Source: Octopus sinensis
Lineage: Eukaryota
Reading direction: 5' to 3'
DNA: 64,000 bases
Assembly (NCBI RefSeq): GCF_006345805.1
Contig: NC_043003.1
Location: forward strand, 19,158,001-19,222,000
The position numbers and the translations under genes were made by a program. Every line of letters starts with the position of its first letter. Within the stretch, counting starts at the first letter, position 1. The notes under the pieces were generated by a model. The model was not told where the DNA came from and made no database searches. It saw nothing but the letters and a program-made list of their open reading frames with translations. Positions 1-12,123 of the stretch are shown here, one piece after another.

Positions 1-336
1 TCTTAGGAAAGTTTTTCTGCTTTTAATTAAGCTCTAGCTTTTATCATCTTATTATTGAGTCATTTTTTCAAATTTATCTTCCCTGCCATGCAGTTTTTAA
101 AAAATCCACTTGCATTATTGCAAAGGCTGGTTTCTTTATATATGAACATGAACATAGGAAAATTTTGAGTATTTGAATGCAGAAGGATTTTTGCTTTTCT
201 CATTTAACAAAGAATAGCAAAATGTTTATTTGCTCTTTATTATTCTTTTTTATTTTTTGTACAATATGCAGCCCACATCAACTCAGTAATGTTACAAACT
301 ATGCACACTTTATTGTCTAAGATTATCTCATTATAG

Positions 337-409
337 GATCATGGCATTAAAAAAAATTTCTGTGAGGGACTGAAGCTTTATTGGCAATGGTCTTTATCTC
401 ATGAATCTG
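337..409 (+). CDS. Candidate exon of an unidentified plus-strand gene (DHGIKKNFCEGLKLYWQWSLSHES)
   Basis: cattatag| ... G|gtaaga. Open frame with a phase-1 exit that fits 1110-1184. Confidence 0.35.
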
Positions 410-1109
410 GTAAGATATTTTGGATTGGGAAGCTTGACCTTTCTGTAATATCTATACTGGTATTTGAACCTATCAAACCCAAACCTGCTATATATATGCA
501 ATACATTTTTTTTTTTTTTTTTGGCATCAAATGTTACATTTGTTATTTTAGGACATAAACTCAGTTGACAATGACCTACAAATCCACTTACAAATGACCT
601 ACAAATCCACCATATTTCTGTATGCTAGAGTCTATTTATGTTGTCAAGTATCGAGTAGCTGCAGTCAGCTGAATATAGAATGAATTTTCACTAATCAAGG
701 ACTTGAGAGCAAGCCATTAATTATGCATAGGCAACCTCTTACAGGAAGCAGGCCACTTGAAATATGATTCAGCATCAAGCAGGCCACATTACTAAACAAT
801 ATTCAAGGTAATTTTCTGTTAGGTTTATCATTCAGAATGTCCTGCAGGCCACAGGACGCCCATGAGTGACATTAAACATGCAGCAAAACTGTGTCACATT
901 TCACACTTCAGTGTTTGGTTTTGTGGTCACAGGATCACAATTACGTTGCACCTGTTTTATTGCTCGTTCTATTCACATACGATTATAAGATTACATATCT
1001 CATAAGTTGTTATCTGTTGGTGGCAACAGGACTAAGCAATAGCAAATTCAACTTAACCTTTAGTATGTTTAGGTGCATCAAGTCACTGTATAAGTTCCCT
1101 CCTCTGTAG

Positions 1110-1184
1110 CTACAGGTGCATTGTATTGCAGTGAGAGGGGAGAAAACTCATACAACAACATGGTGTGCCTACAGTGTACTAAAG
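1110..1184 (+). CDS. Candidate Cys-containing phase 1-1 exon (ATGALYCSERGENSYNNMVCLQCTKG)
   Basis: ccctcctctgtag| ... G|gttaat. Open frame with a CxxC..G motif. No family was recognised. Confidence 0.35.
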
Positions 1185-1542
1185 GTTAATATTTTGTTTC
1201 GTTGGCAGTTCTGACAATCTTAGGATTATATGAGATGTATGCAGTTTTACTCGTTAGAATCCTGAAATAACAAACGAAGACAACTTTTTTTTTCTTGTAT
1301 GTGTGTGTGATTATTTACGACTCCTTGATATAACAATACAATATCTGATGCAACTAAACATCAAGTGGCTCTTGTAATGTTTAATAGAATTGGTTAGAAT
1401 CTATATAATATGAAGAGAAGGGAACAGTAAACTAACCAACTGAGATCTCTATTGTAAATATGTCTTTTATTATTATTATTTGTTTTTTCTTGACATAATG
1501 TCCAACATTGAAGAGATGATTAGCAGGCTGTGATATAATATA

Positions 1543-1773
1543 CAGGGTGGACCAAAAGTCATGCACCAAAATGTCATTTACATTACATTATTATTATTAT
1601 TATTATTATTTTTATTTTTATTAGTCATTCCATTCATCATGTACAAGTATGTGTGTATTCATCATTATTTTATTTATTTCGTTCAATTTTTTGCAAAAAA
1701 ATTGAAGCATGTTTTTGATAATTCCTGAGTGGCATATTGAACTTATTTTGTGCATGACTTTTGGCCTACACTG
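1543..1773. mobile_element. Tc1/mariner-type MITE
   Basis: TIRs cagggtggaccaaaagtcatgcac and gtgcatgacttttggcctacactg, flanked by TA at 1541-1542 and 1774-1775. Confidence 0.8.
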
Positions 1774-4559
1774 TATAACAGCTTATCTTTATCCAAGAGG
1801 CTGAGAAATTGCTCTCAAAAGTAGTTTCTTGTAAATGGATAATCAGCAAAACAATTTTCTTTTTTAAAAAGTTAAACATTTTTCGTTCAACCTCAAATCT
1901 TTTCTTTCTCAAACAGACACAATTTTTATGACATATCTACTTTCTATTTCACTTATGTTTTTAACTTCAACCCTGTCTTCTCATTCCAACAAAAAGTTTA
2001 ACATTTTTTGTTTACTGAATTCCTGAGTCTCCTTTTTTTTCTGGAAATCCCATTTTCTTCCTTTTTCTTTCAACCTTTTTTTTTTTTAATTCTTGTCTCA
2101 CTTTAATTGGAGCACAATACTGTTGAGGTACTACAATGGTCATAAGGAACTGGACTGCTGATCACAAGGTCTCATCAATTTAAACTTTACTACTACTACT
2201 ACTACAAACATTGCACCTTTGAAAACAGGACCCATAACTCTTGCATGCTTAAGCAGTTATCTTACCTGACTGGACCTTAATCTGCTTCATGGTTGATTGA
2301 TGGTTAGCAGTTGGAACAGCATCAAACTGTAAAAATAATTGTTTGAAGAGAAAACAAAAACCATCCTAAAAGAAAAAAAACATGGATGCAAAACAGGGAA
2401 AACAAACTAACATTATCCTTTTTCTTGAATGGATTTTTTTCTTTTTATTTTTCAAAAAATGAGGTTGTTGACACCCTACAACTCTGCCACCAAAGGGTGT
2501 TATTATTGTTGTTGTTGTTGTTATTAATAACCCCACAACCTCTTGTCTGGAGGAGGTGGTTGTTTAATCCCAGATCAACCCTGAGTATGCACACTTATGA
2601 TTAAAAAAGAAAAAAAAATTTGAATTGTAACCATGTTGTTTTCTTTTTCTTAGCATGGTGTGGTGTATTTTCAAGGAAATTTAGCAGCTATTTCTAGCAG
2701 GTCTAGTGACCACAGTGAGGCTTATGCTATTTTTTGTTATTTTTTCTTACTTTATTTGTTTGCCTTTTGTCTGGCTCTTTTAATCCTTCAACTTGTCTGT
2801 TTTATTGATCCCTACTGCTTTAGCTTTAAGCTTTCCCCTCTCAACAAACAAATCTATCTCCCCCTCTTCACACACATATAGAACAATATAACGAACAACC
2901 CAGGGTATGTTACAGATCACTAAAACCACTGTCAACATCCTCTATAATTGATTTGATATTTTCTAGTCAATCAATCACTTACAATCATCAATAAGAAAAT
3001 AAAAATATTGATCCAAGCTATTCTGTCAGGTTGAAAGCTATGAATTTTTAAAATTGTTAAAATATTAGATATGTCCTTCTAACCAGAGTGAAGAAAAAGA
3101 GTGAGAGTAATTGAAGTCATTTTTAAAATTCAGACTCAAAATGGAATTTAAAAAGAACATAGCGAAAATTAAATTTAGAAAGATAAACTGGTTTCAAATT
3201 TTTATATTTTTTCTTTTTGTTTATGTTTTTTTTGAAAATAATCAAGCTTTATAATTATCAATGATTATTAGCTTTATAATTATCAATTATGAAATGAACT
3301 TTATGATTATTGCCAGCTCCTGGCTTCCTCTTTCTCATGGATTTTTTGTTTTATGAAAAGATAGTTTACCAAGTCACATTTTAAAAGAGAAATGGGAAAA
3401 TAAAGTAAAGAAAAAGAACTAGAATAGTGAAAATTTAAATTTCTAATTTTTAGTGAAGCTCTCAATATTTTGGATTTTTTTCTTAAGTTAATTAAAAAGA
3501 AAGAAATCTATTCCTTCTAATTATTTATCCAATTAGCAAAAAATTTTAAACTTTACTTTGCATGTCCTTTCCAAATAAGATTTATTTTCTGTCTAATTAA
3601 CAATTAATACTTATCAATTAATTTCTTGCTGAGAATATTAGTAACAGCTACAACTATTATCAACACACATAGACACCTCAGTTCTCATGTATTCTCTTAT
3701 AAAAATATGGTAGAAAAAAAAATGGAATAAATTGGTGTTTTAGAACAAAAATACCCTGTAATATCTTTTCTACTTTCCCTTGCCACACTAGCCTTTGTAA
3801 ATACAGTGAACTAGTAGTATAGGTAGAGTGAAGCAGGTGCCCCAGGTGATGCTATTGTAGGGAACAGCACAATTGAATCTGTTGTATAGGTTTGAGGGCC
3901 TGGAGTAGGAAAGTGGGAGCAAACTTAAGGGTAGCTCTGGGCATCACACAGCCCAGCTAGGCCTCTGCAATGAATCAGTGGTTATTGGTTCATTGGAAAT
4001 CTGTAATAAAATGCAATATAAATACAACTAAAATGATTTACTGCAGGAATCTGTCAGCAAAAAAAAAAAAGATACAAATCAAAGAACCATTTCTTTAGTT
4101 TCACCTGACATAATTCACACATGTAATTTTTTTTCTAATTAAAGGAGTTGACACTGCTTTTTCGTCCACTTTATGAATTAGTTTATTTTTGTTTTTGATT
4201 TTACTTTTAGTTTATTTTAGGTTTTTTTCTGTTCTTTTATTAGAGTTACATCTTGAGTCAATATTTTCAAGCATTTTGTTATTAAACATCATTATTTTCT
4301 CTGTGTGTATGCATGCCTGTGTGTTTTTTAAAAAATCTTTTAGTGCATGATAACAATGTCTGGTAATTCATTGAGTTGTTGGGCCACTTCACAGTTAAGG
4401 TAGAGATGTATCTGACAAGTTTCGATTTTTATTTTTTCCCCTTCTAACATTAGTGTTAATTAATGAAAACAAACCCCAAATATATATATATATATATATA
4501 TAAGTGCCCTCATCATTAAAACTGTAAAATGTGCCCCTTCTTAGTACATTTATACAACA

Positions 4560-4780
4560 ATATGTGGAGATGCATGGCTTAGTGGTTAGTGTGTTGGGCA
4601 CATGATCATAAGATTGTGGCTTTGATTCCTGGACCTGGTAATGAGTTGTGTTCTAGAGCAAAACATCATTTCATGTAGCTCCAGTCCACTCAGCTGGTAA
4701 AAATGAGTAACCTTGTGACAGACTGACATCCCATTCAATGAGGAATACATACACCACAAAAACCAGGAAACTGACCCTAT
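4560..4780 (+). mobile_element. tRNA-head SINE (family B)
   Basis: Head tggcttagtggtt...tttgattcc. The body is shared with copies at 5990-6255 (-), 8560-8740 (-), 28185-28490 (+), 28670-28970 (+), 37960-38315 (-) and 63260-63505 (+). Confidence 0.75.
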
Positions 4781-4931
4781 GCTCCCTTTTAGAATTATGT
4801 GGACTACCCTAATATACAACAATGTACATCATCCCAACTCAGCTAGCTATTACATTGAGTTATTTCCTGGAGAGTCAGATGAACAATATAAGATTAATTA
4901 CATTATTGTATTTAGCTGTGTCCCTCTACAG

Positions 4932-5458
4932 CAATGGTTCTCAACCAGGGTCCATATGACTTTTGGGGATCCATATAAGATTTTGATGTTAAAGTTTATG
5001 GGCAATAAATAGCTTATACTTCTACAATAAGCAAAATATTTTAACAACCTTTTTTAATACAATTTCTAATAATATTTAATTATAATAATAATAATGAAAT
5101 TATTGTATACAGTGCTCAGGTGCACCACAACTTGTCAAAAGTGCGTATAAAGCATATGCAGTAATGTACAAATGTCTGGAAAGTGAACAGTGTAGAAGTC
5201 AGATACATGCTTGCGTGTGTATGGGGGGGAGAAAATCAGGTGTAGTGTTGGCGAATCTCAGGAAGCATGGAAGTTTTGAAGGATGCAGTGCTCCAACAAC
5301 TAACAACTGATGCCGGCAGTTTGTTCAATGCTTCAGCAACTCTCAGCGTGAAAAAAATATAATAGGATTTTCTTTTCACATCAAATGGATATGGGGGACC
5401 AGTAGAGTAAAATAGGCTCCAAAGGGGTCCACAGGTGAAAAATAGTTGAGAACCATTG
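4932..5458. mobile_element. hAT-like MITE with a nested CR1/L2 3' fragment (about 5085-5358, minus)
   Basis: 14-bp perfect TIRs caatggttctcaac/gttgagaaccattg. The internal segment encodes FFTLRVAEALNKLPASVV...FK and shares the gtgcacctgagcactgta tail with the LINE ending at about 12146. Confidence 0.75.
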
Positions 5459-5989
5459 AGGAACATTCTAAAATCAAATCATCAGCCTCTAATAGGAAGT
5501 GGTGGTGGTGGTGGTGTTGATAGGTGTTGCGTGATTTTTGCCTTTTATTTTGTTATCCCTGCAAGAGTTAACAGGAGGCTGACACTATCAATCTACAAAA
5601 ACAAAATTTATTGTCAAGTTTGAAACAGAAGATTGCAACAACTGCGAGGAATTATAATTGGTTACATTCAATAATGGTGTTTTAACCCTTTAACTGTGAA
5701 ATTAAATATCATGGTTATTCCAAGAAGGATGTTAAATATCTTCCAAAAAAATACCATTGGTACTTTCTTGCAAGTCATGTGGCCTCAATAAACTTGATGT
5801 CAACAAAACATAGTTTTGAATATGACATTTCTCAACAAAAGATAGATTGTATAAAACTGCTTTTTGCTGTTAACAGTAATGAAATTTTGAGGGAAAATAT
5901 CTGATTTCCATAGTAAACAGATTAAACTGTAAATGATGCAAATGACCCTTACTAACAGTTTTTATTTATGTGCCCTTTTCAAGCCTAGC

Positions 5990-6255
5990 CAGGCTCATGG
6001 GCCCGGTTTCCTGGTTTCTATGGTGTATGTGTTCCCCCCAGCTGGACAGGATGCCAGTCCATTGCAGCGTTACTCAAGAAACAGGAAGAAAGAGTGAGAG
6101 AAAGTTGGGGCGAAAGAGTACAACAGGGGTTGCCACCACCCCCTGCTGGAGCCTCGTGGTGCTTTAGGTGTTTTCGTTCAATAAACACACACAACACCCG
6201 GTCTGGGAATCGAAACCACGAGTCTGCTGCCCTAACGACTGGGCCATCACGCCTC
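5990..6255 (-). mobile_element. tRNA-head SINE (family B)
   Basis: Reverse complement of the head and body seen at 28185-28490 and 63260-63505. Confidence 0.75.
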
Positions 6256-6661
6256 TACTAACAGTTTAGAAATTGTTATTTGCAATGATATCCAGGATTT
6301 CAAGTGTGTTGCTTTTTCCCCCCATAAGAACATAGTATTTGAAACAGCAAGGAATATTAACCACAGGGTTGATAAATTTCATTATGTAAGAGATATTTGT
6401 ATTTGATGGCATAAAAGATACAGTGGCAATAAGATGCACCACAATTTTAGCAGTGAACATTCATAAAAAAATATTTTCAGTGCATTAATCCTTTAGCACT
6501 CAAACTAGCCTTATCTGGCTTGAATATTCTGTTTTTCATTCAAACTGGACAGGCCCAGCTTCTCACACCTACCCTACGTAGTCATTCTAAAAGTAAACAA
6601 TCACATCATTGAAATATCAAAGCTACAAAATAACTCATGATTTATTCAAAACAATATATAT

Positions 6662-7040
6662 AGGTGCAAGAGTGGCTGTGTGGTAAGTAGCTTGCTTACC
6701 AACCACATGGTTCCGGGTTCGGTCCCACTGCTTGGCACCTTCGGCAAGTGTCTTCTACTATAGCCTCGGGCCGACCAAAGCCTTGTGAGTGGATTTGGTA
6801 GATGGAAACTGAAAGAAGCCCATCGTATATATGTATATATGTATATATGTATGTGTGTGTATATGTTTATCTGCCCCAACATCGCTTGACAACCGATGCT
6901 GGTGTGTTTACGTCCCCGGAACTTTGCGGTTCGGCGAAAGAGACCGATAGAATAAGTACTAGGCTTACAAAGAATCGATGTAACTAACTTATCCCCTCCC
7001 CCAAATTTGCGGGCCTTGTGCCAAAATTTAAAACCAATAT
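6662..7040 (+). mobile_element. SINE family A with a family-C-type 3' end (chimera)
   Basis: Head tggctgtgtgg...ggttcggtccc and internal (TA)/(TG) tract. After ggcttacaaagaat it switches to the cgatgtaac...ggccttgtgccaaaattt tail. Confidence 0.75.
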
Positions 7041-7156
7041 AAGCAGCCCAACTTTGCATATAGAACCTGGGGTGATTTTTTTTTTTATTTTGAGAACTTT
7101 TTCTTTTAGAAAAAAAGTTAATCTTTTATGTCAATGCCATCAAATATGATAAACAG

Positions 7157-7243
7157 ATATTAATTATATTTCCTCATTTCCATTCTTGGTTACCTGAGCT
7201 TGAAGCCACAGTTTCTGCTTTATTAGCACAAAGACTTAGGAAG
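7157..7243 (+). CDS. Candidate exon (ILIIFPHFHSWLPELEATVSALLAQRLRK)
   Basis: aaacag| ... AAG|gtaaac. 87 nt open, phase 0-0. The link to the other candidate exons is unresolved. Confidence 0.25.
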
Positions 7244-7724
7244 GTAAACTGTGTCAAATGTTTTAATCAACCATTTCATATGGAACATGAAAGACTCTTC
7301 TGGACTTGCTGAACTCAAAAAATCACAAAGCTTATCTACTTAGTCATTTCCCTTTTTACTTTGAACCATGAAAACAAAAGTCTTAATAACAATAACAGTG
7401 ATTATTTTTAATACTGATGCATGGTTGGCTCTTAGTTTGGTAAGGAAGAACTAAAACAAAAAACAAAACAAAAACTGACACTCTGTTGGTTACAACGATG
7501 AAGTTTCCAGTTGATCTCATCAACAGAACAGCCTGCTTGTGAAATTAACGTGCAAGTGGCTGAGCACTCCACAGACATGCATATGCATACCCTTAATGTA
7601 GATCTTAGGGAGATTCAATGTGACACAGAATGTGACAAGGCTGGTCCTTTGAAATACAGGTACAGTAGTGCCCATGCTTATATATATACATATACACAAA
7701 ATTTAGAGGACTGACCACTAAAGT

Positions 7725-8050
7725 GGACAGTTTATATGCTAAACATAGATGCTAAATCACCATTACCATGAAGAATGTGTTGTCAAGAAAAATCTCAGCA
7801 AGAAACCAAAATATAAAAATAAGGAATACAAATGAAAATATACGAAATAAAAAATGATTACCTATGTACCAATGGTACGAAATAAAAAATTACCTATGTT
7901 CCAATGGTACATAGGTAATCGTTTTTTATTTTGTATATTTTCATTTGTCTTGCCTATTTTTATACTTTGGTTTTTTGCTGAGATTTTACTTGAGAACACA
8001 TTCTTCATGGTAATGGTGATTTAACGTCTATGTTTAGCATATAGGCTGTC
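7725..8050. repeat. Foldback palindrome of about 330 bp with an internally duplicated centre
   Basis: Left arm ggacagtttatatgctaaacataga...attacctatgtacc is the reverse complement of right arm ggtacataggtaat...tctatgtttagcatataggctgtcc. The roughly 33-bp centre unit is duplicated. Confidence 0.9.
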
Positions 8051-8051
8051 C

Positions 8052-8307
8052 AGACAAAACCACTATTTTGCAAAACAAACAAGGAAAGACTTAATCAATA
8101 CATAAAAATTTTTAATATAAAGAAATAAACCGCCACTACAATCGTTTCATGTCTTCAATGACATTCGTCAGGTGGATTTTCGATCTCCTAATCTGTTTTA
8201 ATTTATGAAGTCATAAATTGTAGTGGCGGTTTATTTCTTTATATTAAAAATTTTTATGTATTGATTAAGTCTTTCCTTGTTTGTTTTGCAAAATAGTGGT
8301 TTTGTCT
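8052..8307. repeat. Perfect 91-bp inverted repeat (8052-8142 / 8217-8307) with a 74-bp spacer
   Basis: The arms were compared base by base and are exact reverse complements. Confidence 0.95.
8133..8175 (-). ncRNA. Minimal type I hammerhead ribozyme motif with intact core
   Basis: CCAC-CUGACGA-AUGUC(AUUGAA)GACAU-GAA-ACGAUUGU-A-GUGG: stem I CCAC/GUGG, core CUGANGA, 5-bp stem II, GAAA, minimal self-complementary stem III and a GUA cleavage triplet. Confidence 0.85.
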
Positions 8308-8404
8308 CGAATTAATATATATAATATTTTACTATAAAATTGGATTTAATCCTAAATCTGATTTTTTCCCTGTAAATTTGGATTTATTCCCTAATATTTA
8401 TTAT

Positions 8405-8453
<49 letters not shown>

Positions 8454-9497
8454 TGTGTGTGTGTAAAGCACAATTTATTCGTGATCAGAAGCGTTTATAA
8501 ACTGAGGTATTACTGCATTAATTGAATATGAGAAAGACAGGAGATAAAGCATGATTTATTGATCAGTGTCGTTCGAAAACCAAGGTACTACTGTACTACC
8601 CATTTTTGCCAGCTGAGTGGATTGAAGCAATGTGAAATAAAGTGTCTTGCTCAAGGACACAACACACCGCCAGGATTCAAACTCCTGACCTTACAACCAC
8701 AGGCCAAATACCTTAACTCCTAAGCCAAGCACCTTCACAGAGAAGAACTATAATGAATTTGGATCACCCAGTGATAAATGAGGTGGCATGTATTTAGTTT
8801 CATTTCTCAACATTTTAAATTCAAATTTCTGCTAAGGTGGACTTGACTTTCATCATATTCACTTGTGAGGACAGATGATTAGTTTATCCCTCTCAACATA
8901 TATTAAGATTTTATGCTGATATTTGTTGAGCAGGGTTAGTTTAATCAGCTAGTTCCTTCCCATCAAATTTCTGGCATTGTGCTTATGTTAGTGATTATTG
9001 TAATTATTATATTTAAAAGGTAGTAAATTAGCCTAATCTTTAGAGCATTGGGAAAATCCCTTGTGGAAATGAGTGCCAGTTGAGCCCTGGGGTCAATGTA
9101 ATTGACTAACCCCTTCCACCAAATTTCAGGCCATGTACCTAAAGAAAGGATTATTATTAGTGGTACTACTTTATCATGACAATTCTGCCAGGGTCAGCTT
9201 TGTTTTTCGTCCGTTCAGGATTGATAAAATAAGCACCAGTCAAGCAGTGGGGTTAATGTAATCAAGTAATCTCCTCCCCCAAAATTTCAGGCCCTGTGTT
9301 TGTATTGATAAGGCAAATAGATTAGGGGAGCACCTGATTAAGATGTTGTGCAGTATTTAGTTCAGATTCTTTTTATTCCAATTTCCAATCCTGCTATGAC
9401 TGATCAACTACATACCTTATGCTTCTAGGATCAATAAATTCTCATATCAGTCATGTACTGGGGTTGATCATAGATCAACTTTACCCTCTCTACTGTA

Positions 9498-9549
<52 letters not shown>

Positions 9550-10996
9550 CAATTCTTTTTTATTGGCCACAAGGGCTGACACGCATGATTACATAAAGGG
9601 ACAAGACAGGACGAAAGGTTACAAAGGGTTTTGCCGTTTTTTTAAAAACATCGAGTAAAAATCTTTATAACAACTTATAAAATTCAACAATGAAAACTCC
9701 CAAAAGGGGGAGACGTCTCGAAAGGTTCTGGTGGAAAAAACCCTACAAAAGCCAACGGGAGCCTGGTCAAAAAAAAGGGGTGTAGAGAGTCCCCTTTCTT
9801 CTCCTTTTACATTACCTTTTTCTTTGAAATCACAGGCGAAACCTGAGAACTGGTCCATTTATACAGGCCAGTCTCACACAATTCACCCACCTTTCATAAA
9901 ACTTGCTATCGGACAGCACTCTCCTCTCTAACCTCATCTTCCTTTTCAAGTGAAACTTGAAAAAGTTGATGAGGCCTTGACCAAAGAGGAAAGTGTCTGT
10001 CTTTAGCCCTTTCAAACGAGTCCACCACACGACCTCTTTCGCCACAGCCACTAGGCACAAGAAAACGGCCTCGCCCTCCTTGTTAAAGGAGGTCGGCGGG
10101 GCAATCTTCACTATGGATTCAGCCGATAGTCGGATCCGTCCTACACGTGACAGTAGCTGTTCGACATAAACCCATATTTCAGCAATACTCGGGCACTGGA
10201 CGAGTGCGTGCAGAAAGGTTTCGTCGTCCTGGCAACACCTCGGGCAGGCCCGGCTGACGGCACTTCCGTGCCGGTAGAGTTTATCTTGAACAGGCAGAGC
10301 CCTCGGTAGCACTGCCAGGCGAGAGACCTCTGGAAATTATCCATCGGCCCCGGCCCGAAAGTCTCCCGAACAGACCGCTCAGTTCGTCGTCTTCAACGCC
10401 TAGAGTTTCCCCGAGAACGTCGTCGCATTTTTCCTCCACTAACCCTCTATAGAACGCTAGAGTGGAGCTGTAACTGATCGCATTGCCCGCCTGACGGAGG
10501 GCGGAGAGGGCTTGACGGCACTCGAGGTGCCAAGCGCCCTTTCTCGGTCTACGTTTGATCCAGGTCTGCAGCTCCGTCAAAGAGACGAGCTGCGGAAAAT
10601 CGCGTCTGACAAAAGACGACCACACTGTTCACCGTCTAGGAAGCGCTTGAGATGCCGCAGCCTGAGCGCATGTCTGCGCAACAGCAACCACGGCATTCCA
10701 AGGCCTCCGTTCAGCAGTCGTTGACAGCAGATGGATCGCCTGACCAGTGGCACCTGACCCTTCCACAAAAAGTCGAAGAGCAGGCGTACCAGCTTGGCCA
10801 ACCAGCGGTCGGGACAAGGGACGATGGTCAAGCGGTAATAGATGACGGATGCGATGTACGCATTCGCCACCTCCGCTCGACCTTTCAGGGACAGCTTCCT
10901 CTCGGCCCATTTCTGGGTGAGACATGCCACCCTGCTCGTCACCTCTTCCCAGTTCTTATCCACCTGGAGGTCCGGACCGAACCAGACCCCGAGCAG
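9550..10996 (-). mobile_element. 5'-truncated Tx1/L1-clade LINE (late RT region plus zf-RVT), two frameshifts
   Basis: The ORFs give KWAERKLSLKGRAEVANAYIASVIYY...FLWKG...NGGLGMP and LPVQDKL...CPRC..DDETFLHALVQCP..IW. The 3' end has AATAAA followed by (TTA)n at 9499-9549. Confidence 0.9.
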
Positions 10997-11011
10997 AATA
11001 ATAATAATAAT

Positions 11012-11219
11012 TTTTGCCACAAGGGCAGCTTGTGGGGAGGTGGGGATGAGTCAGTTACAGTGACCCCAGTGTTCAATTGGTATTTATTTTATCGACACCG
11101 AGAGGATGAAAGGCAAAGTTGACCTCGGTGGAATTTGAACTCAGAACGTGGCAACAGATGAAATACTGCCAAGCATTTTGCCTGGCATGCTAATGATTCT
11201 GCCAGCTTGCCACCTTAAA

Positions 11220-11220
<1 letters not shown>
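11012..11220 (-). mobile_element. SINE family C whose (TTA)n tail received the Tx1 insertion
   Basis: Head aaggtggcaagctggcagaatc...gagttcaaattcc and conserved core cctttcatcc..gtcgataaaat. Other copies lie near 9160-9300, 39090-39230, 43490-43710, 46150-46350, 52250-52400, 57050-57200, 58130-58260 and 59460-59650. Confidence 0.75.
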
Positions 11221-11264
<44 letters not shown>

Positions 11265-12123
11265 AAGAAGAAGAAGAAAAAGAAGCTGTGGCTTGTGCCC
11301 TCAAAATCATTGCTATTAGTTTTTATCATTTATACAATATTCTTTATCTAGATATTCACCTCTTTTTTTCATTTTTTTCTCCCCAGATCACAATGCAAAG
11401 AACTACAAAAAAAAAAAGCAACCCCAAAAAGAAAAAAAAATTGCTCCAGCTGTTCTGTATTAGATCTATTCTTACTTCACACAATTGTTTTACTTTTTCT
11501 TTCAATTTTCTTTTTATCCTTTGACCTTGTTGATTATAATGACCTTTGACCCCATTGTAACTCTTGAACATAATATGTCATTTTATTAAAGGTTTCTGTT
11601 TTTTTCCCCCAGTTTTTATTAATAACTGCCTGGATATGGTAGGATGGGAGATAAATTTCTGTTAAACTTGTCCTTTTTGTGCTGACTTGTTATTTGTGTG
11701 TGTGTGTGTGTGTTCAACTATTTCTTTTATTCTTTTACTTGTTTCACTCATTTGACTGCGGCCATACTGGAGCACCACTTTTTAGTCGAAGAAATCAAAC
11801 AGCATATATGAGTTCCTATACATATATATGTATATATTCGTCCATACGTGTGCATATGCACATGTATCTAGTTGTATGTATATATCCATATATTTGGATG
11901 TGCGTATATATATGTGCATATATATATATGTATCTGTGTATGTATCATCATCATCGTTTAACGTCCGTTTTCCGCGCTAGGCGTCAAAGCATGAACACAA
12001 AAAATTTTCATCTAAGTATTATCTTCCTTTCAACTTCTACATCCTTTTCTTTCTCTTAACAGTTGCAACAGTGAAGGCTCATTACGTAATTTTCTCTAAA
12101 CTAGAATGTATAATTTTCATGTT

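Noticed and set aside
7511-7714. ORF MISSTEQPACEINVQ... with apparent splice sites
   Set aside because: It is the reverse complement of the SINE family B body seen at 28840-28960, so it is repeat sequence rather than an exon.
7855-7920. gtacc-aat-ggtac-gaaa resembling hammerhead stem II plus GAAA
   Set aside because: There is no CUGANGA upstream and no GUH or stem I downstream. It is explained by the duplicated palindrome centre.
10629-11122. Overlapping ORFs 10629..10925, 10652..11122 and 10512..10724
   Set aside because: They are shadow frames of the GC-rich Tx1 ORF2.
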